The translations under genes and the position numbers were made by a program. A model generated the notes under the pieces. That model was not told the DNA's origin. It was given only the letters and a program-made list of their open reading frames with translations, and ran no database searches. A DNA stretch of 64,000 bases, from contig CAVPQB010000004.1 in NCBI GenBank assembly GCA_963707505.1, forward strand, positions 800,001-864,000, in the 5' to 3' direction. The stretch comes from an uncultured Gemmatimonadales bacterium. Its GTDB lineage: Bacteria > Gemmatimonadota > Gemmatimonadetes > Gemmatimonadales > Gemmatimonadaceae. Position 1 is the stretch's first letter; each line of letters starts with the position of its first letter. Below, piece after piece: positions 10,453 to 22,465 of this stretch.

Positions 10453-11444
10453 CAGAGCGAGCCCAGCACTCGTTCCTTGAACGTCGCTACCGCGCCGACA
10501 ACGCCGGCCGACATCGGAAGCGAGCCGAGCACGATCTTGCAGGAATCCACTGCGGTCTTGAATGCGCGACGCTTCACCTCGGCCTGCAACGGTAGCATCA
10601 GCGCTTCGCCAGCCTGCGTCACGCCGCCGGCGAGCACGACCGTATCCGGATTGAAGATGTTGATGAGGTTCGACAATCCGGTGCCGAGAAAGCGCGCCGT
10701 GTCGCGGACAACTTCTCTCGCCACCGTATCACCGCGCCGCGCGGCCTCGTACACGATGTGCGCAGTCAGTCGCGATAGATCTCCATCCACGAGCGTATCG
10801 ATCGTTGGGCTCGGATCACTCTCCAGCGCCTCGCGTGCGCGCTCCGCAATGGCGGGACCCGAGCAGTACGCTTCCAGGCAACCATAATTACCGCACTTGC
10901 ACCGTCGCCCGTTCGATTCGATGGAAGTGTGACCGATCTCTCCGGCGGCGTCCGACACGCCGTGATACAATCTCCCATCGAGCACGAGTCCGCCGCCAAT
11001 TCCGGTGCCGAGCGTCATGCCTATCACATCGCGTCCGCCGCGCGCGGCGCCGCGCCAGAATTCACCGAACGTTGCGCAGTTGGCGTCGTTGTCGAGTGTC
11101 GCGCGCATGTTGACGCGGCTCGCGATCTCATCGCGCAGTGGATAGTCGCGCCATCCGAGATTGGGGGTGAATATCACCACGCCGCGCTCGCGATCGAGCG
11201 GACCCGGCGATCCGATTCCGACGCCGAGTATGTCGTCGCGGCTGGCACCGGTCTCCGTGTTGAGTGCGATGACCACGCTCTCGATCATCGCTGCGATCCG
11301 GTCTGAAACCGCGTTGGCGCCCAGATCCGCACGCGTCGGAAGCGTACGCAACCCGATCTCGCGACTCCCGTCGATCGGCATCGCGCCAACGGACAGATTT
11401 GTGCCGCCAAGATCGACGCCAATGATGTATTGCTCACGATTCAT
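10452..11444 (-). CDS. ROK-family sugar kinase (glucokinase-like)
   Basis: GVDLGGT, DNDANCA, TLGTGIGGG, GEIGH and CKCGNYGCLEAY motifs. Confidence 0.92.
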   Translation of the reverse strand: MNREQYIIGVDLGGTNLSVGAMPIDGSREIGLRTLPTRADLGANAVSDRIAAMIESVVIALNTETGASRDDILGVGIGSPGPLDRERGVVIFTPNLGWRDYPLRDEIASRVNMRATLDNDANCATFGEFWRGAARGGRDVIGMTLGTGIGGGLVLDGRLYHGVSDAAGEIGHTSIESNGRRCKCGNYGCLEAYCSGPAIAERAREALESDPSPTIDTLVDGDLSRLTAHIVYEAARRGDTVAREVVRDTARFLGTGLSNLINIFNPDTVVLAGGVTQAGEALMLPLQAEVKRRAFKTAVDSCKIVLGSLPMSAGVVGAVATFKERVLGSL

Positions 11445-12457
11445 CGAACTGTCTCCTCGGAAATGACGGATCGCACAACGCCGGCCACCTCGTCAGCGGT
11501 AATTTCGTTCATGCAGCGCCAGTGGCCCAGCGGACACACGCGCGGTCCGTGCCTGTCACACGGCCGGCAGGCGAGCGACTTGTTGCCCACCGTGCGCGAG
11601 CCCGGCGCCAACGGACCGAAGCCGAACTCCGGCACGGTGGGTCCGAAGATCGTCACAGTCGGAGTGCCCATCGCCGAAGCGAGGTGCTGAGGCGATGAGT
11701 CGTTGGTCGCCAGCACCAGACTCCTCCGGATCAGCTCAGCCGATCCCAGCAAGGACAATTTATCAGTCGCGTCGACAACTCGCTCGCGATCTACGCACCG
11801 AGTGATCTCCTCAGCCGCTGCGAGATCGCCCGCTCCTCCGACTATCGCGATGTCATACTGATCGGCAAACATCGCTGCGAGCTCGCCGTATCCCGGCCAT
11901 TGTTTGGTCGGCCACGCACTGCCCGGTGCGAGCGCGATCATCGGACGATTTCGATGCCGCAACAATTCATCGACGGCGCTGATGTCGTGATCAGTCGGAT
12001 GGAGTCGCGGCCTGATCGCAGCGTCGCTCGGTCCGGTAGATGCTGCCGCGAGCGGGAGATCGCCGAGCGAGAGCAGGCGGCGCGCATGATGCCAGTCGTC
12101 CCGATATTCGACTCGCTCGGTGTATGTCCACCGCCCATCCGACGTTGTGAATCCGGTGCGCTCGCTGCATCCGGCGGCAAATGCGAGTGCGCCGCTGCGC
12201 GTTGAGCCCTGACAGAGAAATGCGCGACGCGATCCGCGGACTCGACGCGCCATCCGGAGAAAGCCTGCTATTCCGCTGTCGGATTTGCGTTTGTCGTAGA
12301 CGAACAGCCGCGATACGGATGGATGCGACGCCAGCAGCGTTGCGCCGGGCGGCGTGGTGACGACGTCCACTTCTCCGTCCTGCGCCAGCCGCGCGATGAG
12401 CGGCGTCGTCAGTACGACGTCGCCGATGAAGCTCGTCTGGACAACGAGCGACCGCAA
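11441..12457 (-). CDS. waaF: LPS heptosyltransferase II-like (GT9)
   Basis: QTSFIGDVVLTTP, APGSAWPTKQW, NDSSPQHLA and FGPT motifs. Confidence 0.85.
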   Translation of the reverse strand: MRSLVVQTSFIGDVVLTTPLIARLAQDGEVDVVTTPPGATLLASHPSVSRLFVYDKRKSDSGIAGFLRMARRVRGSRRAFLCQGSTRSGALAFAAGCSERTGFTTSDGRWTYTERVEYRDDWHHARRLLSLGDLPLAAASTGPSDAAIRPRLHPTDHDISAVDELLRHRNRPMIALAPGSAWPTKQWPGYGELAAMFADQYDIAIVGGAGDLAAAEEITRCVDRERVVDATDKLSLLGSAELIRRSLVLATNDSSPQHLASAMGTPTVTIFGPTVPEFGFGPLAPGSRTVGNKSLACRPCDRHGPRVCPLGHWRCMNEITADEVAGVVRSVISEETVR

Positions 12458-12460
12458 CGG

Positions 12461-14257
<1,797 letters not shown>

Positions 14258-14333
14258 TCGGGGCTTTGGGGAGATTTTCAGGCCTAGCCCTCAAATATAC
14301 CGGAAGGGAGGGTGATTCCCCCTACGGGCGCCC

Positions 14334-15286
14334 CTACGGGCGCCCCTGCGGTTGCATCGGCGGCCTCGGAGACGAATGCGGGCGGGGCAGTACCGGCGCC
14401 TGAATCTGCTGCTGGTCCAACCGCTGGCGGCCACGTTGCAGCGAACGCGGCCGCGCAAATGCCGCGCACGGCGTCGTGTACGGAGCGAGCGTGCCGTCCG
14501 GACAGTGTCTCAGGGAATGCGTGCGTGGATCGCGGCTGTACCGGCTGTCGGTCCCATAGCCGTACCCGTCACGGTTGTCGTATCCGCGGTTGTAGCTGTA
14601 ACACTGTAACCACTGTAACCACTGTAGCCGTAGCCGCCCTGATATCGAAAGTCATCGTAGCCGCGGCGATACGGCGACGCACCCCACGGGTCCTCGTAGC
14701 CGCCGTAGTAGCCGTAATTGTCGTCGTATCGCACTCCATGCTGATAGGACGCGCGTCCGCCGCCGTCGCGGCCGATCTCATACGGAGCGTAGGCGATCGA
14801 ATACGTTCCTCGCTGCCCCACGCTCGACCGCGCGAAGCGGTCGACGAGCTCGAATGGGTCGGCGCCGGCACGTTCGCCAAGGGTCCCCACATTCCAGCTG
14901 TTTCCGCGCCCACGGTAATTCCTGAAGTCGAACGGCGTGCTGGATGCCACCGCGAACACATAGCCAACGCCCTCCGTCGGATCCGCCTGGAACGGAACCG
15001 CCATACCCGAACGAGTCGCAGCGAATCTCGAACGCTCGTTCGGTTGGCGTGGAGACAGCACCGTAAGCCGGCCATCGGTGTCGACGCGGAGCACCGTCAC
15101 ATAGCTGCCGGCATCGCCCGAATACATGACGCGTCCGGGCTGGCCGCGATCGAATTCGTTCCCCTGCTCGAACCAGACGTCCACGTTCGGCGCGCGCTGC
15201 GCGGCGAGCAGCGCTGGCGTGGCCGCCGAGGCGCCGATCAGTAGCGGGAGCAGCAGGCGCGACGCGACAGCTTGCGTAAGGTTCAT
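14334..15286 (-). CDS. Exported DUF4384-like domain protein with Tyr/Gly-rich tail (one frameshift at ~14601)
   Basis: Strong SD (GGAGGAGG), signal peptide and YVTVLRVDTDGRLTVLSP motif. Restoring one G in the (TACAGTGGT)n repeat continues the frame GYSYNRGYD...PQGRP to TAG at 14334. Confidence 0.7.
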
Positions 15287-15375
15287 GTGATGCCTCCTCC
15301 AGAGACTACCCCAAATTATGTTGCAGTTTCCCGGTTCGGATCAAGTTTCCGGGCGGGGTCCTGTAAATAAGTGGG

Positions 15376-18300
15376 TTGATGGCCTTACCAACGATTATCG
15401 ACGCGGTAGAAGCGCTTCCCGCGTTCACGCGGTTGGCGAACACGGTGCCCGGCGCCGGAAAACGTCTTACCGTGGCTGGGTTGCATGGCTCGAGTGCTGC
15501 GGCGATGGTCGCGGCGCTGGCCCGAAGGATGGAGCGACGCTTCTTTGTGATCGTCGCCGAGAATGTCGGGGACGCCGAACGCTGGCTCGCCGACCTCGAG
15601 TCGTTGGATGGAGGCGACTCGGTAGCCTTCTATCCGCCGCGCGAGAGTTTTGGCGAAGCAGAGCCGCACGCGGAGGTCGCGGGCGAGCGCGTCGAGACGC
15701 TCGAGCGCGCAGCCCGCGGCGATGTGCGAGTACTCATCACGACCGCACGCGCGATAATGGAGCGCACGCGGCTCCCTGCGATTCTGCAGCACGGTCGTCT
15801 CGAATTGAAGAAGGGTGACGTACGCAAGCTGGGCGAGCTGATCGAGCATCTCGATTCCATAGGATTCGAGCGTGTCGACATGGTCGAGGATGTCGGACAG
15901 TTCAGCGTGCGCGGCGGAATCTTCGATGTGTACGGATTCGGAATGGCGAATCCGGTACGCATGGAGTTCTGGGGCGACGAGATCTCCGAGCTGAGACATT
16001 TCGATCTCACCACGCAACGCTCGACACGCGATGCGGAAGTCGCACTGATACTTCCGGCGGATGGCGTTGCAGCGAAGCGCGCGAGCGGCCGCAAGCGCGA
16101 CGTAAAGGCTGCGGAACGCGCCGGTGATCGTGTGGCGATAACCGATCTCTGGGCCGCCGACACTCTCGTCATCGTTCCGTCTGAGTCGCACGTTGCACCC
16201 GAGATGCGACGCACCTGGGATGAAGCGCAGCATCATCTACTGCTCGCGATGCGTCGCGGTGAGGATGTCCTGACGCGCGACGAGCTGTACGTCGCTCCGG
16301 CCACAGCCGCACGCACGCTCGGCTCGTTCGGCACCATCGCACTCGAGGGAGAAGGCGAGCCGGATGTCGGATTCCCATTCCGTGCGCCCGAAACGATCAA
16401 TCGCGATCTCAAATTACTGAACCGCATAGTGCGCGACGGCGTGCCGACTCTGATCCTGTGCGACAACGCGGGTCAGATCGAACGCCTTGAAGAATTGCTC
16501 ACGACGAGCGCGCGCGATCCGATGCCTGCGGGATTGGTACTCGGCGTACTGGCCGGCGGATTCTTTCTTCCCCCACGCGGAACGGATCCGGGTTTTCGCG
16601 TCCTCACGGACCACGAGATATTCAGGCGCGAGCGACGCATTCGGCGCGCGCGCAAGTACATCACCGGTGGTGGCATCGACACACTCGGTGCGATCACGCC
16701 GGGCGATTACGTAGTGCACCTGGAGCACGGCATCGGTATCTACCGCGGCATCGAGCAGCTTTTCGTCAAGGAAGCGACAGTCGAAGTTGCTGTGATCGAG
16801 TACGAAGGCGGCGACAGGCTCAACGTTCCGCTGTATCGCATCGATCAGATCGAGCGGTACCGCGCGGCGTCCGACGTTGGCGACGACGTTCCGCCGCCGC
16901 GCCTTCACAAACTCGGTGGACGGCGCTGGGGTCAACAGCGCGACCGCACGCGCGCAGCGATTCAGGAGATGACCGTCGAGCTGCTGGATCTGTATGCGCG
17001 TCGAAGCGTCGCGACGCGTTCTCCTGCATTGCCCGATACGACGTGGCAACGCCAGCTCGAATCGTCTTTTCTATTCGAGGACACCAACGATCAGCGCAAG
17101 GCGACGGTCGATGTGAAGGGCGACATGGAGCGTCCGCGTCCGATGGATCGCCTCCTTGTGGGTGACGTCGGTTACGGCAAGACGGAGATCGCGGTACGCG
17201 CAGCGTTCAAGGCGGTGCAGTCCGGACGGCAGGTCGCTGTGCTCGTTCCGACCACCATTCTCGCCGATCAGCATGCGCGCACTTTCGGCGATCGCTTCGC
17301 GGATTTTCCCATCAACGTGAAGGTGATGAGCCGGTTCCAGACGCATAAGGAGCAGCTCGAGACACTCAAGGAAGTCGCGGCAAAAAAGGTGGATGTCGTG
17401 ATCGGCACGCATCGTCTCTTGAGCCCCGACGTGACATTCGGCGATCTCGGTCTCATCATCATCGATGAGGAGCATCGCTTCGGTGTGAAGCACAAGGAAC
17501 GCCTCAAGCAGCTGCGACTGGAGACGGACGTGCTCACCCTTACCGCGACGCCGATCCCGCGCACGCTGCACCAGTCGCTGGCGGGGTTGCGCGACATGAC
17601 GCTGATGCAGACGCCGCCGCGCGACCGCTCACCGGTTCTCACCTACGTCGAGCCGTGGGACGAGGCATTGATAGAGGAGGGAATCTCACGCGAGCTGGAT
17701 CGCGGCGGACAGGTTTTCTTCGTGCACAATCGCATCGAGACGATCGACGCCATCGCGCAGCACATTGGCAGGCTCGTGCCTCGGGCGCGCATCGCAGTCG
17801 GTCACGGTCAGATGCGCGAGCGTGAGCTCGAAGAAGTGATGCGTCGCTTCGTTCAGGGTGAAGTGGATGTGCTCGTCTCGACCATGATCGTCGAGTCGGG
17901 TCTCGACGTTCCGAACGCGAATACGATGTTCGTGAATCGCGCCGACATGTTCGGCCTGGCGCAGCTGTATCAGCTGCGCGGACGCGTCGGACGCTCACAC
18001 AGGCGCGCCTATTGTTATCTGCTTGCCGCCGATGGAATGGACGACGATTCAGAGCGTCGTCTCAAGATTCTCGAGCATCATACAGAGCTCGGATCCGGCT
18101 ACAGAATCGCGCTCAAGGACATGGAGCTGCGCGGCGCCGGCAACCTGCTCGGTCCCGAACAGTCTGGCTTCGTGCACGCCGTGGGCTTCGATCTGTATCT
18201 CAAGATGCTCGAGGAAACCGTCCAGCGAGTGATGCGCGGCGCCGACGGCCCCAAGCTGCAACCCGCCGATATTTCGCTCGACGTCGCAGCGTACATCCCC

Positions 18301-18711
18301 GACGAGTACATGCCTTCGCAGGATGCCAAGCTCGACGTCTATCGCCGTCTCACCTCGATGACGGAGCCGGAAGAGATAGCCGGACTTCGCGCGGAAGTGC
18401 GGGACCGATTTGGGACATTGCCCCCCGAGGCGGCTCATTTTTTCATGGCCGCAACCCTGCGCGTGCTGGGGGGCCGGATCGGGATCGAAACTCTCTCGGT
18501 GCGGGGCAACGAGGCCCGTATTACCTTTAGAGGCTCGGCGGTCCCATCCATGAAGGGGATCTCTTCGGCGTTCCACGAGGTACAATTTCAGGCCGAGGTG
18601 CGCCGCGCGCATCCATTATCGCTCAAGCTCACCCGGCTCGGCGGCGCGTCCGTGCTGGATGGGCTCGTCCACGCACTCACGTTGATCAAACCCACTCCAA
18701 CAACAAGATGA
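15376..18711 (+). CDS. mfd: Transcription-repair coupling factor
   Basis: UvrB-like module, RID (GDYVVHLEHGIG), GDVGYGKTE, DEEH, QLRGRVGR and TRCF C-terminus. Confidence 0.98.
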   Translation: MMALPTIIDAVEALPAFTRLANTVPGAGKRLTVAGLHGSSAAAMVAALARRMERRFFVIVAENVGDAERWLADLESLDGGDSVAFYPPRESFGEAEPHAEVAGERVETLERAARGDVRVLITTARAIMERTRLPAILQHGRLELKKGDVRKLGELIEHLDSIGFERVDMVEDVGQFSVRGGIFDVYGFGMANPVRMEFWGDEISELRHFDLTTQRSTRDAEVALILPADGVAAKRASGRKRDVKAAERAGDRVAITDLWAADTLVIVPSESHVAPEMRRTWDEAQHHLLLAMRRGEDVLTRDELYVAPATAARTLGSFGTIALEGEGEPDVGFPFRAPETINRDLKLLNRIVRDGVPTLILCDNAGQIERLEELLTTSARDPMPAGLVLGVLAGGFFLPPRGTDPGFRVLTDHEIFRRERRIRRARKYITGGGIDTLGAITPGDYVVHLEHGIGIYRGIEQLFVKEATVEVAVIEYEGGDRLNVPLYRIDQIERYRAASDVGDDVPPPRLHKLGGRRWGQQRDRTRAAIQEMTVELLDLYARRSVATRSPALPDTTWQRQLESSFLFEDTNDQRKATVDVKGDMERPRPMDRLLVGDVGYGKTEIAVRAAFKAVQSGRQVAVLVPTTILADQHARTFGDRFADFPINVKVMSRFQTHKEQLETLKEVAAKKVDVVIGTHRLLSPDVTFGDLGLIIIDEEHRFGVKHKERLKQLRLETDVLTLTATPIPRTLHQSLAGLRDMTLMQTPPRDRSPVLTYVEPWDEALIEEGISRELDRGGQVFFVHNRIETIDAIAQHIGRLVPRARIAVGHGQMRERELEEVMRRFVQGEVDVLVSTMIVESGLDVPNANTMFVNRADMFGLAQLYQLRGRVGRSHRRAYCYLLAADGMDDDSERRLKILEHHTELGSGYRIALKDMELRGAGNLLGPEQSGFVHAVGFDLYLKMLEETVQRVMRGADGPKLQPADISLDVAAYIPDEYMPSQDAKLDVYRRLTSMTEPEEIAGLRAEVRDRFGTLPPEAAHFFMAATLRVLGGRIGIETLSVRGNEARITFRGSAVPSMKGISSAFHEVQFQAEVRRAHPLSLKLTRLGGASVLDGLVHALTLIKPTPTTR

Positions 18712-20196
18712 AATCAGCTTCGCTCGCCCTTGCCGCTGCCGCGGCTTTCGTTGTAACCGCGACAGCGTGTGCGGGCCTCAAGGAAGCGATGAGCGCGCAC
18801 GTCGATACGGCAGCAAAGGCCGGATCCCAGGAACTCTCCGTCGATCGTCTCGCCAAGCTGCTTGGTGAAGCGACGGTACCGCCTCGCAAGGACGTCGCGC
18901 AGGCGATCGCCAATGCGTGGGTCGATTACGAGCTGCTCGGCCAGACCGCCGCGAAGGGCGACACCGTCGTCACCGACAAGGCGCTCGACTCGGCGCTGTG
19001 GGCACCGATCTCATCGCTCAAGGCGAAGAAGTACTACGAGATGGTCTCGAAGGATTGGGGTACGCCGGATACCGCATCTGCACGCAAGATGTTCGAGAAC
19101 GGCGACATTCTCGCTGCATCGCACATCCTGATCCTCACCAAGGGTGAGCCAGCCGACCAGAAGGCGGCTGCAAAAAAGAAGATCGACGCACTGCGCGCTC
19201 AGGCAACGTCGGCGAATTTCGCCGCACTCGCCAAGGCCAACAGCCAGGACACGCCGTCAGCAGCGCGCGGCGGCTCACTCGGCTTGTTCAAAAAGGGTGC
19301 AATGGTTCCGCAGTTCGAGCAGGCGTTGCTCGCGCTCAAGCCTGGCGAGATCTCGCCGGTCATCGAAACCGAGTACGGCTACCACATCATTCGCCGCCCG
19401 ACGTACGACGAAGTGAAGGATGAACTGCTTCAGGCGTCCAAGGGTCGCTCGATGCAGGTCGCCGAGAGCACGTTCGTCGCGAAGCTTCAGTCGGATGGCA
19501 AGATCGACATGGAGAAGGATGCCGCCACAACCGCGCGCGTCGTAGTGGCAGACCCGGATGCACATCGCAACGACAAGACGCACGATTGCAAACTCGACAG
19601 CGGGCAAGTTCACCGCCGCCGAGCTGGCACGATGGATCGCGACGTTCCCGCCGATGCAACAGTCGCAGCAGCGTGGACAGTTGCAGAACGCGCCGGATTC
19701 GATCGTCGTGATGTTCGTCAAGAATTTCATCACCAACGATCTCGTTCTGCGCGCCGCGGACAACGCCAAGATCGGACCGACGCCGGAAGAGATGACCCAG
19801 CTTCACAACGCGTTCTTCCAGTCGCGCGATGCGGCGTGGACGCAGCTCGGTATCGATCCCAAGTCGCTTGCGGACAGCGCGAAGACCGAAGCCGATCGCA
19901 TCAAGCTCGCCTCGTCTCGTGTTGACAAGTACATGGATGCTCTCGTCGGTGGCCAGGCTCAGTTCGTTCAGATTCCGGAGCCTGTCGCGCGCGTGCTGCG
20001 TGACCAGACCACGTCCAGCGTCAATTCAGCTGGCATCGATCGCGCAGTGGAGCGCGCGGTGAAGGCGCACGCGACGGCGGATTCCGCTTCTCGCGCCAGT
20101 ACGCCCGCGACCGCTGTACCAATGCCTAACGGCGCAGCGCCTGGAAGCGCCGCGTCGCCTGCACAGCCAGCCAACCCAACTCCGAAGAAGCCGTAG
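18708..20196 (+). CDS. Parvulin-type peptidyl-prolyl isomerase lipoprotein (PrsA/PpiD-like); frameshift at ~19581
   Basis: Lipobox-like ATAC, ASHILI, GGSLG and MVPQFEQA...YGYHII motifs; the reading continues in ORF 19558..20196. Confidence 0.85.
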
Positions 20197-20201
20197 TCAT
20201 C

Positions 20202-21551
20202 ATGTCGTTGAAGTCAGTCGTTGCGTTTCTCCTCGCCGCCGCGCCAGTAGTTGGCGCGGCGCAGAGCGTGGTGCCGGTCCCGGCGGCAAGCGCGGCCTCG
20301 GCGCCGAACACCCACATGGTGGATACCGTCGATCGCGTGGTCGCGGTCGTCGGTAGCTCTGTCATCACGTGGAGTGATCTTGCCGCGGCTGTCAACGAGC
20401 AGCGCGCTGCGGGCCTCAAGCTTCCCGAAGATCCCGCGGGACAGCTTGCTGTAGCGCGCGGCGTCCTGAACGACCTCGTCGATCAGGAAATTCTGGTTCA
20501 GAAGGCAAAGGACGTGAAGGTCGATGTCACCGACGCGGAGGTTACACCGCAGGTCGATCGACAGATCAAGGAAGTGCGCTCACACTTCCAGAGTGACATC
20601 GAATATCGCAATGAGCTGAAGAACGCGGGTTTCGGATCGCCGGAAGAATATCGGCGCACACTGTTCGACCAGTTTCGCCGTCGCCTGATTCAGCAGAAGA
20701 CGTTCGCCGAGCTGCAGAAGCGCGCGAAGCCAGCCAGTGTGACGGAAGAGGAGGTGACTGCCGCGTTCGACAAGGTGAAGGATCAGCTGAAGAAGCGGCC
20801 GGCGATGGTTTCATTCCGCCAGATCGTCATCGCGCCGCACGCATCCAAGTTCGCCGATTCGGTAGCGCTCGCGAAGGCAGAATCATTGCTGGTGCAGCTC
20901 AGAAAAGGCGCGAACTTCGAAGAGATGGCGAAGCGCGAGTCGATGGATCCCGGCACCAAGAACGTCGGCGGGGATCTCGGATGGAACCGTCGTGGTTCCG
21001 ATCTGGTTCCACAATTCGAGGCGGTGATGTTCTCGCTGCGTCCCGGCGAGCTCAGCCCGATCGTCAAGACGTCGTTTGGATACCACATCATCCGCGTCGA
21101 TCGCGTGCAGCCGGCCGAAGTGAAGGCACGCCACATTCTCATCGCTCCGGTGATCGATTCGAACGACGTGCACCTCGCGTATCTACGCGCCGACAGCGTC
21201 GCAAATCTCTGGCGCAAGGGTGCGAACTTCGATACGCTCGTAGCGAAGTATCACGATCCCGCGGAAGAGAAGGGAATCCTGCAGCCGTATCCGGTGGATT
21301 CGCTGCCGGCGTCGTACAAGAGCGTGGTAGCCGATCTCAAGGTGAACGACGTAAGTGCTCCGTTCGCGCTCGTATCGCAGACGGGAAGCACCAAGTACGC
21401 GATCATACAGATCGTTGCCAAGACGGCGGAGGGCGAGTACTCGCTTCCCGAAATGCGCGAGAACATCCGGCGGCAGTTGGCGGACGAGAAGCAGGCGCGC
21501 GCACTACTCGACGATCTGCGAAAGCAGACCTACGTGTCGCTGAGGCTGTGA
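20202..21551 (+). CDS. surA: SurA-like periplasmic chaperone/PPIase
   Basis: VDRVVAVVG N-domain and two parvulin domains; precedes pdxA. Confidence 0.85.
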   Translation: MSLKSVVAFLLAAAPVVGAAQSVVPVPAASAASAPNTHMVDTVDRVVAVVGSSVITWSDLAAAVNEQRAAGLKLPEDPAGQLAVARGVLNDLVDQEILVQKAKDVKVDVTDAEVTPQVDRQIKEVRSHFQSDIEYRNELKNAGFGSPEEYRRTLFDQFRRRLIQQKTFAELQKRAKPASVTEEEVTAAFDKVKDQLKKRPAMVSFRQIVIAPHASKFADSVALAKAESLLVQLRKGANFEEMAKRESMDPGTKNVGGDLGWNRRGSDLVPQFEAVMFSLRPGELSPIVKTSFGYHIIRVDRVQPAEVKARHILIAPVIDSNDVHLAYLRADSVANLWRKGANFDTLVAKYHDPAEEKGILQPYPVDSLPASYKSVVADLKVNDVSAPFALVSQTGSTKYAIIQIVAKTAEGEYSLPEMRENIRRQLADEKQARALLDDLRKQTYVSLRL

Positions 21552-22465
21552 CCGCGCGCGGTGGCGTCAACCGACCGCGCCTTGCGGTAACGGTCGGCGA
21601 CCCGCGCGGCATTGGTCCCGAAATAATCCGCGCAGCGCTGGAAGATCCGGCGCTGCGTGACGTATGTGACATCGTAGTGGTCGGTGCCGAAGGCGCCGAT
21701 GTGCCTGTCGATATTGCCGCCGGATCGTGGACCGTCGGCGACACTACCGCAGCGGCCGGCAAGGCAAGCGGCGACGCAATCGCACTCGCTGTAAAGCTCG
21801 CGCTCGCTGGCGAGGTCGATGGAATCGTTACCGCACCGATCGACAAGTTCGCGCTGCTGGCCGGCGGATACGATTATCCCGGTCACACGGAGATGCTCGC
21901 CGAGCTGACGGATTCGCGCGTGGCGATGATGCTCGCGTCCGACCGACTGCGCGTGGTGCTCGCTACCACGCACATCGCGCTGCGCGACGTTCCGCGTGCG
22001 CTCACGCGGGAGTCGATCGACTCCGCGGCGCGAGTTACGCGGGACGGATTGCGCGACTGGTTCGGGATCGCGTCGCCCCGCATCGCGCTCTGTGCGCTGA
22101 ATCCGCACGCCGGCGATCACGGCCGCTTCGGCGACGAGGACGATGTTCTGCTCGCGCCAGCTGCAAGGGAATCCGGACTGCTCGGGCCGTTTCCGGCGGA
22201 TACCGTGTTCGTTCGCGCAATTCGTGGTGAGTTCGACGCTGTGATCGCACCCTATCACGATGTGGGCATGACCGCGATCAAGGTCGCGTCGTTCGGAAGC
22301 GCGGTCAACGTGACGCTCGGTCTGCCGTTTCCGCGCACCTCACCGGATCACGGCACCGCCCTCGACATCGCCGGACGCGGCATCGCCGATCCTTCCAGCT
22401 TTATCGCGGCGACTCGGCTGTGCGCTGAGATAGTTCAGCGTCGGCGGCGAGCTTCGCAGCAGTAA
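21548..22465 (+). CDS. pdxA: 4-hydroxythreonine-4-phosphate dehydrogenase
   Basis: GDPRGIGPE, GHTE, LNPHAG, YHD and RTSPDHGTA motifs; GTG start overlaps the surA stop. Confidence 0.95.
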   Translation: MTARGGVNRPRLAVTVGDPRGIGPEIIRAALEDPALRDVCDIVVVGAEGADVPVDIAAGSWTVGDTTAAAGKASGDAIALAVKLALAGEVDGIVTAPIDKFALLAGGYDYPGHTEMLAELTDSRVAMMLASDRLRVVLATTHIALRDVPRALTRESIDSAARVTRDGLRDWFGIASPRIALCALNPHAGDHGRFGDEDDVLLAPAARESGLLGPFPADTVFVRAIRGEFDAVIAPYHDVGMTAIKVASFGSAVNVTLGLPFPRTSPDHGTALDIAGRGIADPSSFIAATRLCAEIVQRRRRASQQ

